Source of the DNA: Candidatus Levyibacteriota bacterium
Lineage (GTDB): Bacteria > Patescibacteriota > Microgenomatia > Levybacterales > UBA12049
Length of the DNA: 64,000 bases
Reading direction: 5' to 3'
Assembly: GCA_027334565.1 (NCBI GenBank)
Contig: DAHWUP010000001.1
Location: forward strand, 94,726-158,725
Positions 28,854 through 39,052 of the stretch are shown here, piece after piece. Position 1 is the first letter of the stretch, and every line of letters starts with the position of its first letter. Under the pieces are notes generated by a model. The model saw only the letters and a list, made by a program, of their open reading frames with translations, did not search any database and was not told the origin of the DNA. The position numbers and the translations under genes were made by a program.

Positions 28854-30132
28854 TCATTGCAAATGCAGCCAAAAGCATTCCCGCGAACGTGAGCCAAACA
28901 AGGGTTTTTGAAATAATACCGCTTTTATGCTCACCCATTATACTCTTGTTCTGCGCTATTTTTGCTATTAAAAAAATTAATGGCACCGCCACAACACCAT
29001 TTATCACTGCCGTAATGACCAGCGCTTGTATAGGATCTATTCCGACAAAATTTATCAAAAGCCCGATCAGAGTCGCAACCGTGATAACACCGTAAAATCC
29101 ATGGGCGCGTTTAAGCTTTAAGTTAAGCCCTTCCTTCCAATTTAATGCTTCCGAAACCGCATACGAAGCGGAACCCGCCAAAACCGGAACTGCTAAAAGT
29201 CCCAATCCTACTATCCCGAAAGCAAAAATCAGCTTTGCCAGGAATCCCGAGTGTGGAAAAGTCTGTACAAGCGGCTCTAAGGCTTTTGCCGCTTGCGCGG
29301 AAGTCGTGATATCCTTTATTCCGTGCGCGTTTAAAACCGTTGCCACAACAACAATGATCGACCAGGTACCGATTTCCGACGTTATCATGCCTAAGAAATT
29401 ATCCACTTGAAGATTACGGATAAAATTTTTGGATAGTTTGGGCACTCCGCTCACTTTTTCGATATGTTTTTCCTTCTCTTCCTCAATTTCCTCCGATGCT
29501 TGCCAAAAAAACATATAGGGAGAAATTGTCGTGCCCAATACGCCGGTGATGATAAAGAAAAATGTGAAACTAAATTCGATATGAGGTAAAAAAGTGGCCT
29601 TAAGCAGGGTGACCCACGGTTCTTTGACCATGAACACCGTAAGGGGATAAGCCAGGAGTGTTAATGCAAGCCATTTTAAAATCCTTGCATAAACCTTATA
29701 TGATGTAAAAATTTCCAAAATCAACATGATAGCGGTAAATAAGATAGTAAGAAAAGTAAAATTCAAAGGTATGATCAGCTTGGTTGCGGCCGCCATCGCC
29801 CCCAAGTCGGCACCGATATTAATGGTATTGGCTATAAGTACCAGTACTACCGATGCATAGGCGATTTTTTGACTATAATTTGACTTAATTACGGCCACTA
29901 GGCCTTTGCCTGTTACCGCACCGATTCTCGCACAAGCTTCCTGTACGGCAGTTTGAAGAGGGAGCATGAATAAAGCGGTCCAAAGCTGTCCGTATCCAAA
30001 CTGCGCACCGGTTTGGGAATATGTCGCGATACCCGACGGATCATCATCGGCTGCGCCGGTGATCAACCCGGGTCCCAGAATCCGCAGGAAGCGACCAAAT
30101 TTATGTTTAATGATTTTTTCTTCCTCTTCCAT
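28834..30132 (-). CDS. mntH: Nramp-family divalent metal (Mn/Fe) transporter
   Basis: GPGLITGAADDDPSGIATYSQTGAQFGY signature; about 11 transmembrane segments. Confidence 0.8.
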   Translation of the reverse strand: MEEEEKIIKHKFGRFLRILGPGLITGAADDDPSGIATYSQTGAQFGYGQLWTALFMLPLQTAVQEACARIGAVTGKGLVAVIKSNYSQKIAYASVVLVLIANTINIGADLGAMAAATKLIIPLNFTFLTILFTAIMLILEIFTSYKVYARILKWLALTLLAYPLTVFMVKEPWVTLLKATFLPHIEFSFTFFFIITGVLGTTISPYMFFWQASEEIEEEKEKHIEKVSGVPKLSKNFIRNLQVDNFLGMITSEIGTWSIIVVVATVLNAHGIKDITTSAQAAKALEPLVQTFPHSGFLAKLIFAFGIVGLGLLAVPVLAGSASYAVSEALNWKEGLNLKLKRAHGFYGVITVATLIGLLINFVGIDPIQALVITAVINGVVAVPLIFLIAKIAQNKSIMGEHKSGIISKTLVWLTFAGMLLAAFAMIVTMFV

Positions 30133-30510
30133 TTAAAGTTTCCCGCAAATATTGATGCAGGTTTGCTTTAATTGGTTATTGGGATAATCTTTTAAAGCTT
30201 GAAGGTCATGGATCACTTTTTGCACCTGTGGCGAAGAGGTTGCTATATCGACCAGATTTATATTATCGGCTTCATTCTTAATAGCCTTTAACTGGTCTTG
30301 GACCCCTTGTCCCACATTGAATTGAGGTCCTGTCACGCCCGATGCGTTTTGGGTGAGTTTTTGGGGTTTATTGTAAGATGTTCCTAAAGAATAATTAAGT
30401 ATATTGAAACCGATAAATAATAAAATGAAAACGATTATAGCCACAACTACTATTTTTTTCTTATCCCATTCGGATTCTTGTTTTGACGCTTTCGCCTTAG
30501 CCTTGTCCAT
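30133..30510 (-). CDS. hypothetical membrane-anchored protein (125 aa)
   Basis: ORF abutting mntH. Confidence 0.35.
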   Translation of the reverse strand: MDKAKAKASKQESEWDKKKIVVVAIIVFILLFIGFNILNYSLGTSYNKPQKLTQNASGVTGPQFNVGQGVQDQLKAIKNEADNINLVDIATSSPQVQKVIHDLQALKDYPNNQLKQTCINICGKL

Positions 30511-30580
30511 AAAATAATTGTAGGTAAATCATTTATCTTTTGCAAACAAAAGGGTAGTTTATTTTTATTAACAGTTACTT

Positions 30581-30586
30581 TATAAT
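30581..30586 (+). promoter_or_regulatory. perfect TATAAT -10 box 9 nt upstream of the uppP ATG; likely a leaderless or very short-leader transcript
   Basis: Seen directly in the sequence. Confidence 0.35.
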
Positions 30587-30595
30587 GGATTGACG

Positions 30596-31369
30596 ATGGG
30601 AATCTTTCAGGCTTTAATTCTTTCGATCGTTGAGGGTATTACGGAGTTCTTACCGGTTTCCTCGACAGGTCATCTCATCATGGCATCTGACCTTTTAAGA
30701 ATCTCGCAAACCAGCTTTGTAAAAGATTTTGAGATCATCATTCAACTTGGAGCAATATTGTCGATTATAGTTTTATATTGGAACAGTCTGTTCAAAAGCA
30801 TTGAGGTTTGGAAAAGGATAATTGCCGCCTTTATTCCGACCGGTATCATAGGATTATTAATGTTTAAAATTGTTAAAAATTATCTACTGGGAAATTTGTA
30901 TATCACTCTGGTATCCCTTTTTATCGGAGGCTTAGCATTGATAGCGTTGGAAATGATTTATAAAGAAAAAGAACACCATCTTGAAGATATTTCGAAAATG
31001 AGTTTCCCGAAAGCTTTCGCGATCGGCCTATTCCAGTCAATCGCGATAATCCCGGGGGTTTCCAGGTCGGCTGCAACGATCGTGGGTGCCTTATTTTTGG
31101 GCACAAAAAGAAAGGCTGCAGCCGAGTTTTCCTTCATCTTGGCCGTTCCTACCATGCTTGCCGCCACCGGACTTGATCTTTTGAAAAGTAATTTTTCTTA
31201 CTCCGCGGGCGAATGGTTGATTTTAGGAATTGGTTTTATCGGATCATTTATCGTCGCTTTGATCACTGTAAAATGGTTCATCAAATATGTTCAAACACAT
31301 AATTTTATCACCTTCGGAATCTATAGAATAATTATTTCCTTAATATTCTATTTTATCGTAATAAAATAA
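30596..31369 (+). CDS. uppP: undecaprenyl-diphosphate phosphatase
   Basis: GITEFLPVSSTGHLI signature. The ORF track starts at a TTG at 30590; the ATG at 30596 is preferred. Confidence 0.85.
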   Translation: MGIFQALILSIVEGITEFLPVSSTGHLIMASDLLRISQTSFVKDFEIIIQLGAILSIIVLYWNSLFKSIEVWKRIIAAFIPTGIIGLLMFKIVKNYLLGNLYITLVSLFIGGLALIALEMIYKEKEHHLEDISKMSFPKAFAIGLFQSIAIIPGVSRSAATIVGALFLGTKRKAAAEFSFILAVPTMLAATGLDLLKSNFSYSAGEWLILGIGFIGSFIVALITVKWFIKYVQTHNFITFGIYRIIISLIFYFIVIK

Positions 31370-31387
31370 TTCTTCACTTTAAATACG

Positions 31388-31690
31388 ATGAATACGTTTA
31401 ATTTGGTTTATGATATTGTTGCTAAAATTCCAAAAGGTAAAGTAACAACTTACGGAGCACTTGCCCGACAAGTAGGTATAAATCCAAGGGTTGTCGGTTT
31501 TGCGTTACATGTCAACCAAAATCCCGACCGGGTTCCTTGTCACCGGGTCGTAAATGCGAAAGGAATGATATCGTCGGGCTTTGCTTTTGGCGGGCCTGAT
31601 GGACAAAAAAGGTTACTTTTAAAAGAAGGGGTAAAATTAGATGCTAACGGAGTTATTGATTTAAATAAATACGGATATTTCCTATTTTGA
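31388..31690 (+). CDS. MGMT-family DNA-binding domain protein (O6-alkylguanine transferase C-terminal domain only, active-site Cys present)
   Basis: VPCHRVV motif. Confidence 0.7.
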   Translation: MNTFNLVYDIVAKIPKGKVTTYGALARQVGINPRVVGFALHVNQNPDRVPCHRVVNAKGMISSGFAFGGPDGQKRLLLKEGVKLDANGVIDLNKYGYFLF

Positions 31691-32014
31691 TCCTTTCGCG
31701 GTCTTGATATCTTCTCTCAGACTGTCGATCAAAATTTTAACTTCCCTAAAGATTTTATCCTCGATATTTTCGGTATTATTCCATAAGTGAATCCATATTT
31801 TGTCATTATCATTCGCCAGCAGGTTGGCTAAAAATAATTTTTTCTCTTTTTCCGGAAGTTCCGACAAAACCAGTTTTATCACGGTTGAATGAATATTGGC
31901 CTCAACAAGAGATAGCAACTCTAGCCTTTCCGGGGCCGATAAATCCAACTCTCCCAGATCGATAATTATTTCCTCCGTGCGTATCAAATGTTCGTAAAAA
32001 TATTTCTGTTTCAT
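31682..32014 (-). CDS. hypothetical protein (110 aa)
   Basis: ORF at the distal end of the pilus-side minus-strand gene block. Confidence 0.3.
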   Translation of the reverse strand: MKQKYFYEHLIRTEEIIIDLGELDLSAPERLELLSLVEANIHSTVIKLVLSELPEKEKKLFLANLLANDNDKIWIHLWNNTENIEDKIFREVKILIDSLREDIKTAKGSK

Positions 32015-32886
32015 AAAGGATTTAACGGTCCCAAGGGAATCGTATCGTTCGGGTCGTCGATAAAAAAATATAATACACCTCCTACTTGCGCCCCGTCGGA
32101 TCTTTGCAAATAGCTCATTACTTCCGGCGAACCGCCTAATTGTTTCCCTGTCCAGGGAGCAGGGCCGGCATCGGCGATGTCCGCGACCACTGCCCTACCG
32201 TTCTGAGGATTGACCACCAACATCTTTCTGTACTTGAAAAATTCCAGGTATTTTTGGGGGTTATTATAAAATCCCGGCGCAAGAAATGTTTGTACTGCAA
32301 TATAGTATTTTTCCCGGTCAATATCCTTTTGTGTTAAGTTATACTTGGAAGAAGCAAAATAACCCCATCCCCCCAGACCGGGAGCCATACCGAATTGCCA
32401 ATAATCGTTGGCACTTTGTGAATCCTGAAAATGGGTGAACATATTGTCCCCGGGATATCTTGACAGATGTTGCTCCTGGCCTATCAATCCGTATACACTG
32501 TTAAGCCTTATTCCCGAAATTTCAGGTGCTACGCTAATGCCAAAATCCCTGGACAGGATATCGCTAACTTGCTTCTGTTGTTCGATCGTCAACGGTTGCA
32601 CGTTGTCCGGCAAAACACTCCTAAGGTCGTAAACCAAAAATACTTTTTTATCGGTTATCCTTAGGGCTTGAGCCGAAGGCGTGGATAAAGTGGTCGGTAT
32701 TTTAACGGCTATCGGTTGGGTCAATAAAAAGAAACCGGCCAATGAACCTATTGCAAGCTGCCTGGAATTGTCGGACAACCACTCAAAAGTCCTTCCGTGT
32801 TTATCAAAAATTTCCCGCGAAAGTTCATTGTGTCTTGACTTCCATTTTTCTTTTAATTTTCTATAGCCGGCGCTCGGTTTTTTCAT
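32011..32886 (-). CDS. hypothetical membrane-anchored extracytoplasmic protein (291 aa)
   Basis: Single N-terminal transmembrane segment. Confidence 0.35.
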   Translation of the reverse strand: MKKPSAGYRKLKEKWKSRHNELSREIFDKHGRTFEWLSDNSRQLAIGSLAGFFLLTQPIAVKIPTTLSTPSAQALRITDKKVFLVYDLRSVLPDNVQPLTIEQQKQVSDILSRDFGISVAPEISGIRLNSVYGLIGQEQHLSRYPGDNMFTHFQDSQSANDYWQFGMAPGLGGWGYFASSKYNLTQKDIDREKYYIAVQTFLAPGFYNNPQKYLEFFKYRKMLVVNPQNGRAVVADIADAGPAPWTGKQLGGSPEVMSYLQRSDGAQVGGVLYFFIDDPNDTIPLGPLNPL

Positions 32887-32946
32887 CAGCCTGAATTAAT
32901 CATAACAAATTCAACTAAAGTTTGGTCAACCGATGAAAATACGAAG

Positions 32947-33183
32947 TTACCTCTTTTTTTGGGGATTAACCAGATATAAAAGCCCGACCAGAAGTCCTCC
33001 CAACACCACGACCAAGACCAAAAATAATCCAAGACTGCTGGAATTTAATAATGTATCCTGATTATTATAAAAAAGCAAGAAAACTCCAAAGGCGATCAAT
33101 AGCACCAAAAAGGATAAAATTGCTTTAATATTTGCCTCATGCGAATCAAGCGTTGATTTCTTTTTAGCTCTTTTGGTAGGCAT
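32947..33183 (-). CDS. small membrane protein (78 aa)
   Basis: Two transmembrane segments. Confidence 0.3.
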   Translation of the reverse strand: MPTKRAKKKSTLDSHEANIKAILSFLVLLIAFGVFLLFYNNQDTLLNSSSLGLFLVLVVVLGGLLVGLLYLVNPQKKR

Positions 33184-33193
33184 AGCTTAAGAT

Positions 33194-33679
33194 CTAGCGA
33201 GTATTTGATATAATTTCGCCGTTCTGTGCATCCGGGGCGGATACTGTCACCCTGTGGTTGGCATCTTGCCATATCAGATAATCGGTGTTATATGTTTGCG
33301 TGCAGTCCGTTACTGCCGTACCGGCACCGCTTGTACCAACACCGTATTGCGGGTCGGTCGGAAGCGCCGGCATATAATTTGTTACCAACTCTGCGCATAG
33401 ATCCGCTTGACCCGTACCGTTTCCGACCAATGCCGACGACGGGCTTGCCGGAATTCCCGTAGGTAACGTACCGGCATGATCGGCCGCATACGCACCTACC
33501 GCATTTAGAATCTGTGTTATATCGCTTCGTCTCCTGGTGTTATTTGCCTGACCGAATTGTCTGGCAGGATTAATTGCGATCAAAACGATTGCAAGAAGGA
33601 TAGCTAAAATTCCGATGACAACTAAAAGTTCGATGAGGGTGAAACCTTTTACGTTTCTAATTTTGGGCAGCGATTTCAT
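33194..33679 (-). CDS. pilA: type IV major pilin (prepilin N-methylation motif)
   Basis: KGFTLIELLVVIGILAILLAIVLIAINP class III signal peptide. Confidence 0.75.
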   Translation of the reverse strand: MKSLPKIRNVKGFTLIELLVVIGILAILLAIVLIAINPARQFGQANNTRRRSDITQILNAVGAYAADHAGTLPTGIPASPSSALVGNGTGQADLCAELVTNYMPALPTDPQYGVGTSGAGTAVTDCTQTYNTDYLIWQDANHRVTVSAPDAQNGEIISNTR

Positions 33680-33758
33680 GTTCTATATTCACATTAGTAT
33701 AAAAAAAATATTTTGTCAAGAGGGTACTTAGAAGCTAATTCATCACCATTTTACAAAA

Positions 33759-34598
33759 TTAAGGACTTTGTTTAACCTGATTCTGGACACTCGCGGATTC
33801 CGAAGAACCGGATACTTGAGCGGAATTGGAAGATTGCAAATTGTTTTCCCCGGTGTTGACCGTTGTGGGAGAAGAAGCCGGTACGTTATTAAAAGTTCTA
33901 TGAACCGGTCTGGGCACTGCAATAAATGTCGTATAAAACATGTATATTAAAACTAAAAATAAGATTATCATTACCAGCACAAGAATATATAATCTGACAT
34001 CTTTCTTTTTAATTCCGATAGAATTAGCCACCTCGCCACCCAAACCTATCTTCTCAAGATCCAACATTGAATATTGATCGAACGATTCCAGTTTATTTTC
34101 GATAAAGGGAAAGTCTATTTTATTATTTAACTCCGGGTTTGTTGCTTCCAGTATCGTTAATGGGATAACCAAACCCACATGCGCCTTATTTCTTTCCAGA
34201 CTTTGTTTTAAAACGTTATATAGAATTTTATTTACCGCAACCACTCTGGTTTTTTTGTTAACTCTGTAGGTGTTGCTTAAAACCTCTTCGAATGGAACCA
34301 TATCAAGGAACTTTTGTGTTTCATCGTATTCCGACTTGGTACTGGTACTGGTAAGTTCTTTTTCAAAAGTGGTATTTTTCGAAAAGATCAGAGTGATATC
34401 AAAATCTTCGCCCTTTAAGTTCGGCAAACGAAAAAGTGAAGTGATTAAATGATCCAATTTTTCCCTATTTGCCACCTCCAGATTATTTATGACGTCCGAA
34501 GGGATATTCAGTTGAAGCGTATTGGTAACTTTTTTTGTATAAAACAGAAGTTTATTGGAGTCTACAACGATTATTGCAACTTCCCTTTTTGTACCCAT
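33759..34598 (-). CDS. hypothetical bitopic protein in the pilus operon (possible PilM/PilN-like assembly factor)
   Basis: About 200 aa cytoplasmic domain, one transmembrane segment, an S/N/Q-rich tail; the function is a guess from context. Confidence 0.35.
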   Translation of the reverse strand: MGTKREVAIIVVDSNKLLFYTKKVTNTLQLNIPSDVINNLEVANREKLDHLITSLFRLPNLKGEDFDITLIFSKNTTFEKELTSTSTKSEYDETQKFLDMVPFEEVLSNTYRVNKKTRVVAVNKILYNVLKQSLERNKAHVGLVIPLTILEATNPELNNKIDFPFIENKLESFDQYSMLDLEKIGLGGEVANSIGIKKKDVRLYILVLVMIILFLVLIYMFYTTFIAVPRPVHRTFNNVPASSPTTVNTGENNLQSSNSAQVSGSSESASVQNQVKQSP

Positions 34599-34990
34599 CA
34601 GTTAACCTCCTTCCATGACTGAATTGTCAACATACCATTATTGTACACTGTTTTAACTTGGATTTGCCTAACCGAATTCTGGTAGGTTCCGACCGCCGTG
34701 ATGATCCCGCCGCTTGAAGTTGATATCACAACGCTGCCTCCGTTTATATAAAGCGGTTGGCCGGGCGGTGTACCGCTGTATGCCGGATTCCTGAGCATCC
34801 GCAAGATTCCTTCTTCGATTCCACTTTCCGCAATGTAATAGGCATATATCCCCTGTTGTGTATCGCTTGAGGCTTGCATGTTTTGAAAGATAAAAACAGC
34901 CGCGGCCAAGGCGATCGTCATTCCCATTACCGCTAAGAATAACAATGTCACCAAAGCTTGTCCGGCCTGACTTTCGATTATTTTTTTCAT
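34598..34990 (-). CDS. PilX-like minor pilin
   Basis: SQAGQALVTLLFLAVMGMT... then AYYIAESGIEEG (PilX_N-like A.Y.AEAG motif). Confidence 0.5.
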   Translation of the reverse strand: MKKIIESQAGQALVTLLFLAVMGMTIALAAAVFIFQNMQASSDTQQGIYAYYIAESGIEEGILRMLRNPAYSGTPPGQPLYINGGSVVISTSSGGIITAVGTYQNSVRQIQVKTVYNNGMLTIQSWKEVN

Positions 34991-34991
34991 T

Positions 34992-35555
34992 TTAACGCGT
35001 ACCTGTCGTAAAGTTAAAATTTTCGCTGTTTACGCCTCCTCTTCTTATAACTTTACTTATGACTGTAATAGAAACGGTGATGGTGCTGTATTGATTACTC
35101 GTATCGGAAAGCCTGAAAAAACTTATCGACGAAACCTGGGTATTAATGCTATTTAATTGGTCGGTGGTATTAAGCGCACTGTCATGAATATCCAAATTGC
35201 CATTTGAAAGCGAATACGTATAAGTTGTCGCCGGACTCGCAATGACCAGAGTTTGACCCGTCGATCCAGCAGCCGGAGATAAAATCGCGGAAGAAGTTGA
35301 GTTTTTTATATCGTAACTTAATTTATTGACAATATAACGTCCGTCCTGCGCGACCGCGGAGGTACTTTGAGACTCCAGTTGGACGTCAAAAACCGCCACG
35401 AACAATTGAAACAACACCACTATCAGAATTGAAAAGATGCCCATAAAAATCAAAAGTTCGATGAGAGTGAAACCTTCTCTTTTTTTAAACTTTGAACATA
35501 AGTCCCGAAAATGGGATTTAAGGGAACGTTGAAAGTCAAAAATTGATGTCATCAT
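34992..35555 (-). CDS. pseudopilin / minor pilin
   Basis: REGFTLIELLIFMGIFSILIVVLF. Confidence 0.65.
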   Translation of the reverse strand: MMTSIFDFQRSLKSHFRDLCSKFKKREGFTLIELLIFMGIFSILIVVLFQLFVAVFDVQLESQSTSAVAQDGRYIVNKLSYDIKNSTSSAILSPAAGSTGQTLVIASPATTYTYSLSNGNLDIHDSALNTTDQLNSINTQVSSISFFRLSDTSNQYSTITVSITVISKVIRRGGVNSENFNFTTGTR

Positions 35556-37540
35556 GGCGAATAGTTTATTGTCATATCGTATAAGATCGGTGTCAATGTC
35601 GAATCATTCGAGGAAAACGTAGCTATATACTCAAAACAGTCGCCGGGATTAACATAACTACCGCTACCCGTAAACGGGATTTGTGCGGAAATAACGCCGT
35701 TCACGGGAGTAAAAAAGCTTCCCGCAGTACCATCCGGACCGATAAATGTATAAGAGGCCGCTGCACAACTGCCGCTTACCGAGTGCGCAACGGCCACCTG
35801 TATCCCGATCGAGGTTTGCGCCGGTTGGCTTACATCCGCGTAAATGTGATTAAAGGTAGAAGGCGCGCTCAACTGCAGCGGTGCCGAAGTATAGCTTCCA
35901 GAAGAACTGAACTGTCCACTACCCGGTCCTCCCAATACGACCTGGAATTCGGCGGACGCATTATTGGTTAGAATGTAGGAAAAAACTTTTCCGTTGGGCT
36001 GCATAACGGACGCGACCGCATTTACCGAAGTAACGCCGGCAGGGGTCATACCGCCGCAGGTAACGGCCTTATCGGGAAAAGTGGTATCAAAAACCTGGTA
36101 TAAATATGTCCCTCCCGACCCGACAATGATCGCTCTGTTCCTCGGAACCACCGTAATTCCCTTGGGGTTCATTCCGTTGGTCGAATAGGAACCGACGATA
36201 CCACCTGTTGCTGCGTTCACAACAAAAAAATCGTTACTACCCGAAGAATAAGTGGTGACGATATATACATAAGTTTGTGTGGTGTCAACGTACAAATCAA
36301 CGCCTGCCAAATTGTTGCCTAAATTTACGCTTTTAGTAACCACCATCGCCGAAGGGGTGGCGACATTGACGATCTGAAGCTGTGACGTGGTGCTGTCTGT
36401 CGCCACATAGGCATTGGTTCCGACCACGAAAACCCTTTTTCCGTTTCCCGCTAAAGTCACACTCCCAAGCTGCGGGCGCGAACCGGTTTTTGAACTTACA
36501 TCAAAACTGACAAGCTGATTTCCCACCGTCACGAATCCGGTGGGGTTTAAAACATAGATGCTGGTGCCTGTGCCTGAAACACCGGAATCAAAATAACCGA
36601 CATCGGTTAAATTACTGGAATTGGCTATATCTACGGTATGATTTGGCGGGCGATTTTCATTAAAATAAACATAATTTCCTTGGTTTCCAACAAATATACC
36701 ATAGGCTTTTGCTTCGTTGTTTGAAGCGGGGTTAAGTACGGCGGGCGGACTGGCAAAGGAAACTGTCAATCCGTCAACGGCATCTCCCGAGGCGTTTCCT
36801 CCGGTGGTCGTATAGGCAATATTTTGGGCTGCCGTAGAGGTAGCCGACAAGTTTTGCGAAACTCCCTGTCCCGGTAAATTGAATGTTGCTAGCACCCCCT
36901 GGGCCGGCTGGCACCAGTCCCCTCCCCCCGCTCCGCCCCCGGCACCAAGCTGGACCTGACCGTCGTTCGGAACGGTACTTCCCGGGGTCGAAACTACGGC
37001 CGTACCGCTTAGACTGCCCGGAGAAAAATCCGTGACCGTAGTTTGTATCTGGGAAATATTTTTATGTCTGGTTAAATAAGAGATGCTTGAAACCGTTGTG
37101 GCAAACGGAACGTTCCACGACACGGAAACTGTGATCATTTTGGTAGACGGATCAAGCGTGCCTCCGCTCGTTGCAATGTTGCCGTTTGTATCCCTGTATA
37201 CATCGCCGATCACAATTTGTCTTGTGAAATAAGTACCGATCGATTCGCTCCCGGCGGCCAAAGCCCACGTTGTTCCGGAAATAACCGGATGGAAAGTGCC
37301 GTCTGCCAAATTCGTCCAATTGTTGTTATCGATTATTCTTACCGCTTCCTGGGCCTCCTGCAGATACTCAAGCGCCTGCGTTCTTTGCTGAAGCTGTGCC
37401 CTTCCGCCCCTGGCAATGGCAAAAGCACCCAACAGGGCAGGGATCAAAATTGCCGTTAAGCCAATGGCAATCAATAATTCTACCAGGGTTTGACCGAATT
37501 GTTTTTTTACAAGATACATTTTAATTTTCCGATATGACAA
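35552..37540 (-). CDS. large (662 aa) prepilin-type protein, candidate pilus-tip adhesin
   Basis: GQTLVELLIAIGLTAILIPALLGAFA N-terminus, followed by a long Gly/Ser/Thr-rich beta-type region with a GGGAGGGDWC segment. Confidence 0.6.
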   Translation of the reverse strand: MSYRKIKMYLVKKQFGQTLVELLIAIGLTAILIPALLGAFAIARGGRAQLQQRTQALEYLQEAQEAVRIIDNNNWTNLADGTFHPVISGTTWALAAGSESIGTYFTRQIVIGDVYRDTNGNIATSGGTLDPSTKMITVSVSWNVPFATTVSSISYLTRHKNISQIQTTVTDFSPGSLSGTAVVSTPGSTVPNDGQVQLGAGGGAGGGDWCQPAQGVLATFNLPGQGVSQNLSATSTAAQNIAYTTTGGNASGDAVDGLTVSFASPPAVLNPASNNEAKAYGIFVGNQGNYVYFNENRPPNHTVDIANSSNLTDVGYFDSGVSGTGTSIYVLNPTGFVTVGNQLVSFDVSSKTGSRPQLGSVTLAGNGKRVFVVGTNAYVATDSTTSQLQIVNVATPSAMVVTKSVNLGNNLAGVDLYVDTTQTYVYIVTTYSSGSNDFFVVNAATGGIVGSYSTNGMNPKGITVVPRNRAIIVGSGGTYLYQVFDTTFPDKAVTCGGMTPAGVTSVNAVASVMQPNGKVFSYILTNNASAEFQVVLGGPGSGQFSSSGSYTSAPLQLSAPSTFNHIYADVSQPAQTSIGIQVAVAHSVSGSCAAASYTFIGPDGTAGSFFTPVNGVISAQIPFTGSGSYVNPGDCFEYIATFSSNDSTLTPILYDMTINYSP

Positions 37541-38000
37541 TGCCGTATCTATTTACACTTATTGTTTTTGTCTTCGTTCCGTCGGATTCTCCGACCGAAA
37601 CGGAATTTGCGCCGCTTAGAAACCCGCTCGCCGTGCCGGTGACGGAAGAAAAAATTATACTGTCCTGGGGAAAAGTGATATTTGAAAATTGAAGGCCGGA
37701 GTTTAGCATCACCGTAAAATTTGTGCTGTCTGCGGGATTGTAGTAATTTCCTTTGAACAAAACATACCTGTCGGTCTGGAAATATATGCCATAATTCGTA
37801 CCGCTTGACGTTCCGATGCCAAGCATCGCCTTGGTCTGTTGGGAAGCCATGTCCGATACCAGTGTGTCCGCAGTCGTTCCCACCTCAGACGTCTGCTGCG
37901 TGCCTACCAGATTGAACATCGTCATTCCGAATAATGTCAAAATGATTCCCAACACCAGGACTAGCTCTACCAACGTGAATCCGTAACTGTTATTTTTCAT
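37521..38000 (-). CDS. pseudopilin / minor pilin
   Basis: YGFTLVELVLVLGIILTLFGMTMF. Confidence 0.65.
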   Translation of the reverse strand: MKNNSYGFTLVELVLVLGIILTLFGMTMFNLVGTQQTSEVGTTADTLVSDMASQQTKAMLGIGTSSGTNYGIYFQTDRYVLFKGNYYNPADSTNFTVMLNSGLQFSNITFPQDSIIFSSVTGTASGFLSGANSVSVGESDGTKTKTISVNRYGIVISEN

Positions 38001-39052
38001 TGGACATTTCCGACGGTGCTGATCAATCCGTAAATCGGGCCGATAATCGACATCATCATTCCTCCAACCAAAACGCCGACAACCACCAACATCAACGGCT
38101 CCAAGAGCGAAATAAGTGTTTTTAAGGTCGAACTGACCTGATAATCCATAAACTCCCCTATTTCCTGCATTGATTTGTCCAAAGTGCCGGTTCTTTCTCC
38201 CGCTTCGATGATCTTGATCGCGAGTCCCGGAAAGGCGGATTTTTTACCCTTGAATGCTTCGGAAAGTTTTTTGCCCGACTGAACGATTTCCTGCGCTTCC
38301 AAAATGATTTTCCGCATATCTTTTCGCATTACGACATCTTCTACCAACGTCAACGCCGAAGTAATGGTGATGCCCGAGCTAAGCAGCAAATACATGTTTC
38401 TGGAAAAACGGGTCAGATCGATTTCCCGTATCAGAGTCGATACCACTGGTAGGGAAAATAAAATATTGGTAATCCAATGACTTTTAAATTTAATAATTAA
38501 ATAAACGATCAAAAAAACGAGAAACAAACCGAGAAGAAAAGGTATCGTATCACGAATGAGGATATTTGACATAAATATCAATATTTGGGTCGGTAAAGGC
38601 AGCTTAACGTTTAGGGAAATAAATACGGTTGCGATTTTAGGCATCACTTCAACCAAGATCAAAACCATCACTGCTAAAAATAGAAAGAAAATCACAATCG
38701 GATAGGTCACTGCCGATTTGACATTATCGATGAATTCCATATCCTTTTGCAGTTGATCCTTCAAGTCGTTTAGAACAACCTCCAGGGTGCCCGCTTCCTC
38801 GGCGGCTTTGATGACATTAATCGTTACTTTGTTAAAGGTAGCGGGAAATTTGGAAAATGCCGTTGATAACGATTCGCCTTGAACCAGATCGTCTCTGACC
38901 GACTGGATTATCTTTTTACTGTTACCCTTGGAATCTTCCAAAAGCGAATCGATCACTTCAAGGATAGGAATTCCGGCCGAAATCATTGTAGATAAGGTGC
39001 TAAATAAACTTAATTTTTCGCTGTTGGAAATTTTTAAATTGCTGGTGCTCAT
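37997..39052 (-). CDS. pilC: type IV pilus platform protein PilC/GspF
   Basis: Two T2SSF repeats and three transmembrane segments. Confidence 0.85.
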   Translation of the reverse strand: MSTSNLKISNSEKLSLFSTLSTMISAGIPILEVIDSLLEDSKGNSKKIIQSVRDDLVQGESLSTAFSKFPATFNKVTINVIKAAEEAGTLEVVLNDLKDQLQKDMEFIDNVKSAVTYPIVIFFLFLAVMVLILVEVMPKIATVFISLNVKLPLPTQILIFMSNILIRDTIPFLLGLFLVFLIVYLIIKFKSHWITNILFSLPVVSTLIREIDLTRFSRNMYLLLSSGITITSALTLVEDVVMRKDMRKIILEAQEIVQSGKKLSEAFKGKKSAFPGLAIKIIEAGERTGTLDKSMQEIGEFMDYQVSSTLKTLISLLEPLMLVVVGVLVGGMMMSIIGPIYGLISTVGNVQ

